Below the pieces are notes generated by a model. The model was given only the letters and a program-made list of their open reading frames with translations. It made no database searches and was not told where the DNA came from. A DNA stretch of 63,038 nt, counting the filler, from Octopus bimaculoides (Eukaryota): the NCBI RefSeq assembly GCF_001194135.2. It is 6 parts of 6 records of this genome, joined end to end, with 100 filler letters (N's around TTAATTAATTAA, not from the genome) between each part and the next. Parts side by side here need not be neighbours in the genome. Positions count along the whole stretch, not along the records: positions 10,378 to 36,400 come from NC_068981.1; positions 36,501 to 47,939 come from NC_068985.1; 4 more parts are not named here. One strand, 5' to 3'. Shown piece after piece: positions 25,555 through 36,726 of this stretch (the stretch's first letter is position 1; every line of letters starts with the position of its first letter). Both the position numbers and the translations under genes were made by a program.

Positions 25555-26399
25555 TGGGTGCAATTGATTAAACAACAAAAGCATAAGTTTACATTGAAAA
25601 CTACATAGGATAAATTTTTGATTTCCTACAACTATGATCAGCTCGAGATGAGATAGTGCCACAACATTGTAGCAATAAGGATCGACTTCAAATGTGAAGA
25701 GAAAATTTCTCCAAATGTGACATTGACCAAACAAGCTGATATTCTGCAGAAAAAAAAGAACATCTGTGAACAGGTGTTACAATCTCAATACAAGTTATCA
25801 GCACAATATTTACTGTACTTTGCTTGCAGCAGACACGAAATAATTACACAGAAACGAAAAGAGTAGAAACTGTTTATAATAGGAAATTTGCATACAGAAA
25901 GTAGATACAGTGATTGATTTGAAAAACAAAGGTGAATAAATGTTTATTAAATACTATAACAGATCAGAAAAATATCCCCGTATGTTTGTGCATATGTATG
26001 TATGAATGTTTGTGTGTATGTATGTATCTATGTATTTATCTTTCTATCATCTGTCTGTCTGTATGTCTGTCTATCTATCTATCTATTTAATTAAATTTTA
26101 TAATTTGGACGTATCCTATCTATCACTCTCTTTTATATTTTCTTTTGTCAAAGAAAATAATTCTCCAGCGTTTGCTATTTTAACTTCCTCTGGTCTAAGA
26201 ACCCTACATGTTTGTTTTCATTCGGTTTCCTTATATGTCTCCACTGTCCTGTTTTAGTTACCAACTTTGACCGTTCATAAATCCCAAATTTTATTTTGGC
26301 TTTTGTTTGAGCAACTGCTTTCGAAGACTCATATTGTTGTTCAATGCTCGAAATGAGTAGATAGGCGACCGAGAACAGATGAAGGGTCGTTCTTTATGT

Positions 26400-26565
26400 T
26401 ACCTGTTCCGTGTTTTTCTCCTTGTTTTCTCCGTATTCTTTCTGTTGAAGAGCGTAGCCCGAAACGTTAAAGACTTTCTGTATTCCCGAGCGTTAAACTA
26501 ATACTTCCTTTTGTCGTTTACACCACCTGTTCTCGTCTGTTGTTGTTTTTTTCGTAAATTCTCCC
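26400..26565 (+). mobile_element. Short PLE pLTR-like element with hammerhead motif (copy 1)
   Basis: CTTT-CTGTTGA-A-GAGC-GTA-GCCC-GAAAC-GTT-AAAG at 26438-26472. Near-identical to 34295-34482. Ends AAATTCTCCC into (AT)n. Confidence 0.75.
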
Positions 26566-26597
<32 letters not shown>

Positions 26598-27076
26598 NNN
26601 NNNNNNNNNNNNNNNNNNNNNNNNNNNNNNNNNNNNNNNNNNNNNNNNNNNNNNNNNNNNNNNNNNNNNNNNNNNNNNNNNNNNNNNNNNNNNNNNNNNN
26701 NNNNNNNNNNNNNNNNNNNNNNNNNNNNNNNNNNNNNNNNNNNNNNNNNNNNNNNNNNNNNNNNNNNNNNNNNNNNNNNNNNNNNNNNNNNNNNNNNNNN
26801 NNNNNNNNNNNNNNNNNNNNNNTTTTAATGTGCCTTTCTAATTGAGAAGGCCTTGATGGAAAATTTAGCTGCTGTTTAATTTAAAATAAGAAAGTGTAGC
26901 ACAACATAAATTATGCATTTTGCAACGTGAAATATTTTTCGTATACTAAAGGTGATTTGATAGCTCATTACTTTACTTTTCCCGCAGAGCAAAATTATAA
27001 AGGCATAATTTAAATTTCGCCGTTAATTTTCGCTTAAACAGTTATTTCATATTATGGGTAGAATAAATTATTCAAT

Positions 27077-27391
27077 ATTATTTACATTATTTAGATTTGA
27101 CGGATATTTGTCCTCATCCTGTTTGTTGTTAACACAACGTTTCGGCTGATATACCCTGCAGCCTTCATCACGTGTCTTGCGGGAATTTCAAACCTGGGTT
27201 CTCATTCCTAAAGTATTTTTCGATGCTGTTGTTGTTATTGTTATTATTATTATAACATCTAGAAATACCTTAGGAATGAGAACCCAGGTACGAAAGACAC
27301 CCGATAAAGCTTGATGGCATATCAGCCGAAACGTTGTGTTAACAAACAAGAAAAGGACAAATATCCGTCAAATGTAAATTATGTAAATAAT
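27077..27391. mobile_element. Fold-back element: two inverted pLTR-like arms, each with a hammerhead motif, around a (TTA)n-rich spacer
   Basis: About 27077-27221 is the reverse complement of about 27260-27391. Minus-strand motif at 27131-27176 and plus-strand motif at 27296-27340. Confidence 0.8.
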
Positions 27392-27559
27392 GTACATAAT
27401 TCGTCATCTCTTAAATATGGAACTGCAAAATTAGTCAACGCTCTTTTCTTTTGTATTTCATCGTTCATACAGCTATCCTGCAGCCTACCACAGTTTAAAA
27501 GTAAATGCATACCCAGCATATGTATATGTGTGTGTTATAGATAGATAGATAGATAGATA

Positions 27560-27890
27560 GATACATTTCTTTTATTAGCCACACAGGGCTCAACGAAGAT
27601 GGGACAAATACAATATAGAGCTTTTCTTTTGGGGAGGGGGAAGGAAAAAAGGGGGGTGTCGATTAAAAGGGATCGTAGGAAGGAAAAGGGGGGAGTTCGA
27701 TCAAAAGGGATCGAGAAAAAAAAAGGGCGATCAATAGGGATCGTGTATCACACAGTAATGTTCTCGTGTAAAAAGACGGGAGGACAGTTTAGGTTTGGCC
27801 GTGGAAAGAAAAGCCTACGGAAAAGACCACGGTAACCTTGGTCAATATTCTCATTGAAGAAACTATAACAGTAAGTGACTCTCTTTTGCC
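27560..27890 (-). mobile_element. 3' end of a non-LTR-like element terminating in (CTAT)n
   Basis: On the minus strand a pyrimidine-rich tail ends gtggctAATAAAagaaatgt and runs into (atct)n. The 5' side is lost in an N gap. No coding sequence visible, so the class is inferred. Confidence 0.5.
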
Positions 27891-28325
27891 NNNNNNNNNN
27901 NNNNNNNNNNNNNNNNNNNNNNNNNNNNNNNNNNNNNNNNNNNNNNNNNNNNNNNNNNNNNNNNNNNNNNNNNNNNNNNNNNNNNNNNNNNNNNNNNNNN
28001 NNNNNNNNNNNNNNNNNNNNNNNNNNNNNNNNNNNNNNNNNNNNNNNNNNNNNNNNNNNNNNNNNNNNNNNNNNNNNNNNNNNNNNNNNNNNNNNNNNNN
28101 NNNNNNNNNNNNNNNNNNNNNNNNNNNNNNNNNNNNNNNNNNNNNNNNNNNNNNNNNNNNNNNNNNNNNNNNNNNNNNNNNNNNNNNNNNNNNNNNNNNN
28201 NNNNNNNNNNNNNNNNNNNNNNNNNTGGATGGATGGATGGATGGATAGATGGATGAAGGGATGGAGGGATGGATGGATGGATGAAGGGATGGAGGGATGG
28301 AGGGATGGATGGATGGATGGATGGG

Positions 28326-28358
<33 letters not shown>

Positions 28359-29278
28359 CATAGATACATACATACACATACATCCATCCATACATACATA
28401 CACACATACATACATACATAGATCGATAGATAAAACGTAAAAGCGTAGGCATTTGAAATCAGGACAAGTATCACATGAACACTCTGATATAATCCATATG
28501 TGGCTAACCACATCGAATGATAACAAACATTCGTAATACTATAAGACAATCCGGAGTTTGTGCTTATAGATATATACAATTCTCCATTCTTCATTATGCT
28601 GTTTATATATATATATATATTATTACCGGCATAATGCCTCTCCCAAGGTTTAATTGTATATATATAGTCCTTATTATATTCTGTTCTCTTAATATTCAGA
28701 GCATTGGCAAGCCAAACTTGATTAACTAGTTAATATAATTATTTATGATTAAGGTACTTGCCAGTATGCCTTATCTTTGTATACATTTATTTATTGTCCA
28801 TGTAGATTTTTGCATTAATAAACAAATGTGTGTGTGTGTGTTTCTATAATTATGCATATGGATGTGTAAGTGTAAGCATGCTGTTTGTATGAGCATCAAT
28901 TGGATGACTACGTCAGCGGTGAGACTGGGGCCCAGGTTCATCTATATTGTCTTTATAGGGAACAACATTAGTGATGATTTAATTCCAAGGAAAGTCGAGT
29001 CATCCCGATCAAGCTTAGCTGGCCTTCATATATATATATATATATATATATANNNNNNNNNNNNNNNNNNNNNNNNNNNNNNNNNNNNNNNNNNNNNNNN
29101 NNNNNNNNNNNNNNNNNNNNNNNNNNNNNNNNNNNNNNNNNNNNNNNNNNNNNNNNNNNNNNNNNNNNNNNNNNNNNNNNNNNNNNNNNNNNNNNNNNNN
29201 NNNNNNNNNNNNNNNNNNNNNNNNNNNNNNNNNNNNNNNNNNNNNNNNNNNNNNNNNNNNNNNNNNNNNNNNNNNNNN

Positions 29279-29348
29279 GAAGAAGAAGAAGAAGAAGAAG
29301 AAGAAGAAGAAGAAGAAGAAGAAGAAGAAGAAGAAGAAGAAGAAGAAG

Positions 29349-29378
<30 letters not shown>
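29279..29378 (+). repeat. (GAA)n microsatellite
   Basis: Direct inspection. It explains the poly-E, poly-F and poly-S ORFs. Confidence 0.95.
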
Positions 29379-29379
<1 letters not shown>

Positions 29380-30069
29380 CATTTACCATTCAGCATGCCT
29401 TTAATTGGTAGAAGATTATTATGAATGCAAAACAATACTTATACGGTGACAAATTTAATGATTAAGAGAAAATGACTGAAAAAATACAATGAGAAAAATA
29501 CCACCAGCAGCAGCAGCATTCTTCACGAGAAACAAATTAACAATTACTGAGAAAATCCTACATTTTTTTTTTCTCTATTGAAAGTTTAACAGAAACAACC
29601 GAAGGAAATAAAAGAAATAACAAATGAGAAAAAGACAAAAAGAATTCATAGAACGTAAAATAGGAAAAGTCACCTCAATAAACAACTGTTACGGCAGCAA
29701 TAATAACAACAGTAAGAACAATTGTAAAGAAAAACAGATCGATATAAAAGCAACAATTTATACAGGCAAGAATTAGATTGATTTTTGGGAGAAAATGACT
29801 TTTCTTATAGACTCGGTAACTTTACCCAAGGGACAGAGGCAAAAGAAAAATAATAACTGAAAAACATAGAGGTAAAGCAAATAGCAACAGCAATAAATAT
29901 CATACGTTGAGCAAACTAAAACTAAAACAAAATGAAAATGTCCATATCAGAAGTTAACATTATCTGTAGGTTATTGTAGAGCAGTAAAGTAAGATTTTAG
30001 AAATACAGCATAAAATTAAGAAACCAAGTAAAGATAGGATAAAGAATACGCAGTGAGATACAGGCAGGT

Positions 30070-30120
<51 letters not shown>

Positions 30121-30312
30121 TAGGGAGGGAGAGAGAGACGGAAAATTAACCAAGTCAAATAGAAAGAACTAGAATGAAGAAATAAAGGAAAGAGTGGTGA
30201 AAGAACAAAACGAAAAATAAAATAAAATATTCGTAGGAGGAAAATCATTCAGGAAAATAAAAGAAAAAGAAAAATTAAGTGCAAAGGTAAAATAGTTTAT
30301 TTTTTATTTCAG

Positions 30313-30404
30313 CGTGAACTTATGCTATAAAGAAAACAAAACAATTTTAGTTTATTTCTTCGAAAAGTTCACTAAATACTGTTGCTATTGGCAGAGAAAG
30401 AATG
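30313..30404 (+). other. Candidate exon ending in ATG at a consensus donor
   Basis: tttttatttcag| at 30312 and ATG|GTGAGT at 30404/30405. No downstream coding exon identified. Confidence 0.3.
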
Positions 30405-30711
30405 GTGAGTGTATAATTTTATTTTCTTTGTATTTTAAAATGTTTTAAAATGGTGAAAATTTAAAAATTACTTGTGGCAATGTAAAATACTTCAGTATTG
30501 TAATTTTCTTTTGTTCTACGTATGTACTATTGAGTATGCATGTTTGTTAATATATGTACATGTGATTCATATACATCATCATACGATTGGATGATGATTA
30601 TGTTTTCAGCAGAAGATAGTTTTAGAGTTTTGTCAACTTTATCAAACTGTAAACTTGTACCGATTTTTAATGATTAAGTGATTAAAATGAATTCAATAAT
30701 TTACATATATT

Positions 30712-30925
30712 TGGCGGCAAGATGACAAAATCGTTAGCACGAAAATGAAAATGCCTTATGGCACTTCGTCTGTCTTTACGTTTTGAGTTCAAATTTCGCG
30801 GAGGTTGACACTAACTTTCATCCATCAGGAATAAAATAAGAACCATTTGAGGACTGGGGCCGTAGTAATGGACTTATCTCCACTACCAAAATTGCTGGCC
30901 TTCTGCCAAAATTTAAATCCAATAA
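30712..30925 (+). mobile_element. SINE family B
   Basis: tggcggcaagatgacaaaatcgttagcacg..tgagttcaaatttcgcggaggttgac matches the other family B copies. Confidence 0.8.
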
Positions 30926-31639
30926 TCTACATTCAGATAATCGTGTGGCTATCACAGAAAGCTTTTCTAACGGACCTGGCTAGCAGGCCACATGTTAATC
31001 CAATATGCAGAAGAGTAATACAGAGTGTTTATGCAGCTGAAATCCAGACGAAACTCGTGAATAAAATAAATAACATGTGCAATATTTAAACTCTAAAATG
31101 TAAGGAGATATGAGCGATGAATATATTTATTGAACCACTTCTCATTATTAGAATTACGGCCGTTTCGCAGCTTTTTCTCGTGTAGTAAGACTTTCAGTGT
31201 GGAATATAATTATGTTTACAATATTATGCATGCTATGCATTATACAATACAATGTTGTATTCATAAAACAGAATATCAGGACTATACTAAATCTGTGTAT
31301 ACATTCAAATACGTTTATGAATTTGGTTTGCAAGATGCCCGATATGAAATCGTGTGCTGAAACAGACTTGTTATATTTCTTATTTTATCTTCTGTCTATT
31401 GTCTGGAAATCTTTCGTCTGAACAGAAGGAATACATGGCTGGAAGAGTCGCTGAAGAGCTCTCAGATGTGTGACGAAATAGTGCCAGACAACAGATATAT
31501 GATAAAACAAGAATTATATTAAACGAGAGACGGACGAATATGTAAGACGTGCGTTTATTTAGGAAAAGAATAAGACCATCCCGAAATATAACAACATCAC
31601 TTTATATATACACATATGTTTGGTCCAAAATATAAATGT

Positions 31640-31900
31640 CCAGTACAGTGTTGAGAGGTGGCTGAGTCTTCTAAGACAACGATTCTAGTGATGGTATAAC
31701 CATAACACAGCACATTGTTTCTAAGTTTCATTTGCCTTAACAACAGAACTCTGTCTTGGAGCACATTGAGGATAAATGTATCTGGGCAAACATTTGGAAC
31801 AAGCACAGCCACATTTGCTCCAGTGTCTAATTTCCACAAATAACACAAGTTCTCTGCGTATATTAATTTCCCATCATCAATTTCGAACGGCATGGAAGCA
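31640..31900 (-). mobile_element. Gypsy/Ty3-like aspartic protease remnant
   Basis: ORF 31597-31920 contains WKLDTGANVAVL, the retropepsin LDTGA active-site motif. No LTR, RT or integrase seen nearby. Confidence 0.6.
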
Positions 31901-32260
31901 ATTGTTTTTACTTTTTTCAATCATTAGACTGTAATCATGCTGGGGAACCACCTTTACGAATTTTAGTCAAACGACTTAACACCAGTACTTACATTTTTAA
32001 GCCTGGTACTTATACGATCGGTCTCTTTTGCGAAACCGCTGAGTCATGGGTACGTAAGCACACTAGTATCGGTTGCCAAGGAGTAGTGGGGATCAAACAC
32101 AAAGACATCCGCACACAAACAGTAACACCATAGGTTTAGCCCGTGATACTTATTACTATATATATACATACATATATATATATATATATACATGCATGCA
32201 TGCGTGCATGCATACAGCCATACATACATACACACATACATACATACATACATATATGCA

Positions 32261-32347
<87 letters not shown>

Positions 32348-32508
32348 NNNNNNNNNNNNNNNNNNNNNNNNNNNNNNNNNNNNNNNNNNNNNNNNNNNNN
32401 NNNNNNNNNNNNNNNNNNNNNNNNNNNNNNNNNNNNNNNNNNNNNNNNNNNNNNNNNNNNNNNNNNNNNNNNNNNNNNNNNNNNNNNNNNNNNNNNNNNN
32501 NNNNNNNA

Positions 32509-32540
<32 letters not shown>

Positions 32541-32960
32541 GGCGCAGGAGTGGCTGTGTGGTAGGTAGCTTGCTTACCAACCACATGGTTCCAGGTTCAG
32601 TCCCACTGCGTGGCACCTTGGGCAAGTGTCTTCTACTATAGCCTCGGGCCAACCAAAGCCTTGTGAGTGGATTTGGTAGACGGAAACTGGAAGAAGCCCG
32701 TTGTATATATGTATATATGTATATATATGTATATATATGTGCATGTGTGTTTGTGCGTCTGTGTTTGTCCGCCCACCATCGCTTGACAACCGATGCTGGT
32801 GTGTTTACGTCCCGTAACTTAGCGGTTCGGCAAAAAGAGACCGATAGAATAAGTACTAGGCTTAGAAAGAATAAGTCCTGGGGTCGATTTTCTCAACTAA
32901 AGGGGGTGCTCCAGCATGGCCGCAGTCAAATGACTGAAACAAGTAAATGAGTAAAAGAGT
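32541..32960 (+). mobile_element. Full-length tRNA-derived SINE, family A (head, internal TA/TG microsatellite, tail)
   Basis: ggcgcaggagTGGCTGTGTGG (A-box-like) and GGTTCAGTCCC (B-box-like), then a (TA)/(TG) tract at about 32703-32750, then a tail ending ccagcatggccgcagtcaaatgactgaaacaagtaaa. Many partial copies elsewhere in the window. Confidence 0.9.
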
Positions 32961-33002
32961 AAATATATATATATATATATATGTTTATATATATATATAA
33001 AC

Positions 33003-33280
33003 CCGAGGTCGTAGCATCATCAATGGTTTGACTGTATCCCCTCTATCTGACGAGGAATGCTACAAGTATCCAGGGCTGGATGAAATCATATCTTACAATG
33101 GAACTTGTAAAAAAAACACGTGTCACTAAAGAATATCACGGCCGAATAAAGAGAATTTGAACTCTCTGCATAAAACAGTGGCCCACAATGTCTTTGCGGT
33201 GCCAGTACTCCTACCAACACTTGGGCTGCTTGATTGGACACTTGATGAGATCCGATCCATTCACGTGAAAACCCCCAGGC
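33003..33280 (+). mobile_element. RT-region fragment of second RLE LINE family
   Basis: NGLTVSPLSDEECYKYPGLDEIISYNGTCK..TRVTKEY..AHNVFAVPVLLPTLGLLDWTLDEIRSI aligns by eye with the ORF at 43443-44090. Confidence 0.75.
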
Positions 33281-33458
33281 GCTAGCGTGATCGTGAGGTA
33301 AGAAGTTTCATTCCCAAACAAATGTTTCTGGGTTCAGTCACACTGCTGCGTGGTGGCTTGGATAAATGTCTTCTACTATAGTTTCAGGCTCACTACAGCT
33401 TTATATGTGGATCCGTTAGACGGAAACTGAAAGAAATCCGTCCTAAGTATACATCCTG

Positions 33459-33510
33459 TAATCCCTCGCCATATCGGGGTTCACTTATCGCGGTTCACCT
33501 ATCGCTGTTT
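33459..33510 (+). mobile_element. Possible pogo/Tigger-like TIR remnant within a SINE A copy
   Basis: gtaatccctcgccatatcggggttcacttatcgcggttcacctatcgc resembles Tigger-type termini. It lies between the SINE A head (about 33285-33440) and tail (about 33530-33670). Confidence 0.35.
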
Positions 33511-33784
33511 ATTATTTAAGTTAGTGGTTCGGTATAAACAGACCAATTGAATTACTACGAGGCTTTACAAAAATAATAATCGGTAATCGGTTCTATTCGT
33601 TCAACTAAAATGTTTCTAGGCTGTGCTCCAGCATGACCGTAGTTCAATTACAGAAACAAGTAAAAGATAAAAGACAATATATGTGTATGAATATAAGTGT
33701 GGTGGGGTGCGATTGCGTGTTCGTGTTATGCATACTGATACAAATTTTTGCACCATAACAACTATTCAACGTATCTAAATAAAT

Positions 33785-33919
<135 letters not shown>

Positions 33920-34294
33920 GATACAGATGTGTGTGTGTGTGCAGAAATTTGCATTGAAGTGAATTAAATCTATAGTCACACTGGCTTTGAAATTTGGCGT
34001 TGTTCAGATCGGTTTAAAATACGACTCAAATGTGTAAGCCGAGATATTGTGTAGATTTTATTCAATTGAAAACCGAATATTGCTGGCGACTAAGAGTAGC
34101 GTTTTCAAATTAAGTACGTGTTGTAACACTAAACATATTCATGTATCATTTTCAAATTTTAAGTTCACCTGCTTTCGCTTTATGTATCTAGTTGAATCTT
34201 CTGTCTCACTCTGTCTTTCGCTTTCTTCTCCCTCACTTGTTACATATACATGCATACATACACAGACACACAGACACACACACACACACATGAT

Positions 34295-34482
34295 TGACCG
34301 TTGACTGAACACTATTCAATTTTTTTTCTCCGTGTTTTTCTCCTTGTCTCCGTATTCTTTCTGTTGAAGAGCGTAGCTCGAAACGTCAAAGACTTTCCGT
34401 ATTCCCGAGCGTCATACTAATATATCCTTTTGTTATTTACACCACCTGTCCTCGTCTGTTGTTATTATTTGTATATTCTCCC
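34295..34482 (+). mobile_element. Short PLE pLTR-like element with hammerhead motif (copy 2, best preserved)
   Basis: TCTTT-CTGTTGA-A-GAGC-GTA-GCTC-GAAAC-GTC-AAAGA at 34356-34392, with perfect stems I and II and a GTC cleavage triplet. Flanked by (CA)n and (AT)n. Confidence 0.8.
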
Positions 34483-35264
34483 ATATATATATATAGATAT
34501 ATAGATATATATATAGAGAGAAAGAGACACACACACAATCATATGTACGAATGTGCATATATTTATATGAACATACATTTATATATGCGAGTATATGTAT
34601 ACCCATGTACACATACATACACACACATGCACACGGGTGTGTATGTGTGTGTATGTATATGGCAAGTTAAGTTACGTCTAATAGCTTATTCCAGCAACAA
34701 AGAGAAACTTTCTTTATGATGTTTTTTTTATATCGGAGAAAAGATTAAAAGCCTCATTAAGAGAAGATTCTTGGGAGGTATTGATGTACAATTGTTGTCA
34801 AAATTCCCAGTGAAATGCATTTCATTTTATTGGGAGGAAAAATTATATAACTGAGTTCAAATGCCAAGTAAAGTAGATTAGATTTACGTAAGTGATGGTG
34901 AGTAGGTAAAGAGACAAAGTATAGATTAAATAAAACAGCATCAACAAAATTATAAAATTTAATTTGTGGAATAAATGTCAACGAACTCTGAAGTGAAAAA
35001 TTGAACTACTCTGATATTTCAGTTGAGTGAACCGTGGAAAAATGAAAGATTAATATATTCTTATCAATTTAATGCAAGATAATATATTCGTTTTCGTTCT
35101 AATTATATCGTATGTGCATGCTTGTTTCATTCTGTATGTGTATGTATCAACGATTGTATACCGTCATAAAGTATATATTTGTCATGTATAAAGGATCAAT
35201 ATAGGTAAACCCTAATCAAATTAAAATTTCAACCTAAATTTTTTGCGCACAATATTGATTTCAG

Positions 35265-35437
35265 ATTTTGGAACATGGCCAGCAATCTCGGGGAGTGGGT
35301 AAGCCGATTGTATCGACACCAACGTTCAACTGGTATTTATTTTCTCAACCCCGGTGGAATATGAACCCATGACGTGAAAACAAACGAAATGCCGCTAAGC
35401 CCGGTGTGCTAAAGATTCTGCCAGTTCGCCGTCTTAT
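35265..35437 (-). mobile_element. SINE family B
   Basis: Reverse complement of aagacggcgaactggcagaatctttagcac..aataccagttgaacgttggtgtcgatacaatcggctta. Confidence 0.75.
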
Positions 35438-35741
35438 TTTCGCGCAAAATATTAAAATAAATTATATTAGCTTAAGTTTCAAAGCCACAATGGAACCCAT
35501 TGGCAATCAATTAATTTCTTGAACATCACATTAAACAGGGACAGTTCAACATACTACCCATATAGAAAATCAATAGATTAAGCATAATACGTTCACAAAA
35601 AAAAGAAAACAGAAGATCACTAAACAATCTTACCACAGGCATAATTATCTTTAAAGAACTTAGACATCGATACATTAATGAGCTTCACATAGACGAAATC
35701 AACCAAGAAAAGAACACAGAAATAAAATAATCTAGCATGCT

Positions 35742-36065
35742 GAGACCCCCTTCGGTCACGACTAACCATGAGATTACATCTAGAAAGTTACCCTTCGTAG
35801 CACAAGTCTGAGCAGGGTTGTTTATGGGAGACGAGCAGTCGCCCATGCATACCGGTCTTCCCTCTTCACGCCAACAGTGTTATCCAAGGGAAATGCAAAG
35901 TCCGATAAAGCTTAGCACCAGTAACGTCGCAACTCATTTCTAGAGCTGAGTGAACTAGAGCAACGTGAAATAAAGTGCCTTGCTCAAGAACGCAACACGG
36001 GATTCGAACTCGCAACCACATGATCGTAACCTCGACGCTCTAACTACTGAACCATGCGCCTTCAC
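35742..36065 (-). mobile_element. Full-length tRNA-derived SINE, family D
   Basis: Head gtgaaggcgcatggttcagtagttagagcgtcgagg..gagttcgaatccc, central ttcttgagcaaggcactttatttcacgttgctctagttcactcag, 3' end gaccgaagggggtctc. A fragment of the same family lies at about 455-510. Confidence 0.8.
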
Positions 36066-36521
36066 TAATCTACGATAGATAACCTTTCATATAACTTAAA
36101 AGTATAAAATTTTTATCTCCAAATATCCTTCAAATTTTGCGAAGACATTTCCCAAATAATTAGAACGTCCTAAATAAAAATAACACGCAACATTTCACAA
36201 AATTAATAGACGACCCACAAATTAAACTTAAAAAAAACAAAATCAGATAAACGCAATCTGCATAACTGTAACTATTGTAATAGAAATGGTTGTAATAGAA
36301 TGTAATAGAAACACTTGCCTCTAGGGTGCAAGTGTTTCATTAAAACATTAAAATAGAATTTTTTTTAGGTTACAGTTGATCATATTTTTTCCTAATACAT
36401 NNNNNNNNNNNNNNNNNNNNNNNNNNNNNNNNNNNNNNNNNNNNTTAATTAATTAANNNNNNNNNNNNNNNNNNNNNNNNNNNNNNNNNNNNNNNNNNNN
36501 TATATATATTATATATATATG

Positions 36522-36568
<47 letters not shown>

Positions 36569-36726
36569 AATGATTTGTTTCCGTTTCTCTCTACATATAT
36601 ATTTATACACAACATGCATACATACATACATACATACATACATGCATACATGTATGTATGCATGTATGTATCCAGAGACCTGCATACGGTGCATGAAGTT
36701 CTGTATTTGTTTTATCGCTTCATAGG

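Noticed and set aside
31440-31485. CTGAAGA...CGAAAT resembling a hammerhead
   Set aside because: No convincing stem I or II pairing and no NUH site in register.
32541-32620. tRNA-like A and B boxes (also at 24600-24675 and 35990-36065)
   Set aside because: They are SINE heads. There is no complete cloverleaf and they continue into repeat bodies, so they are not called as tRNA genes.
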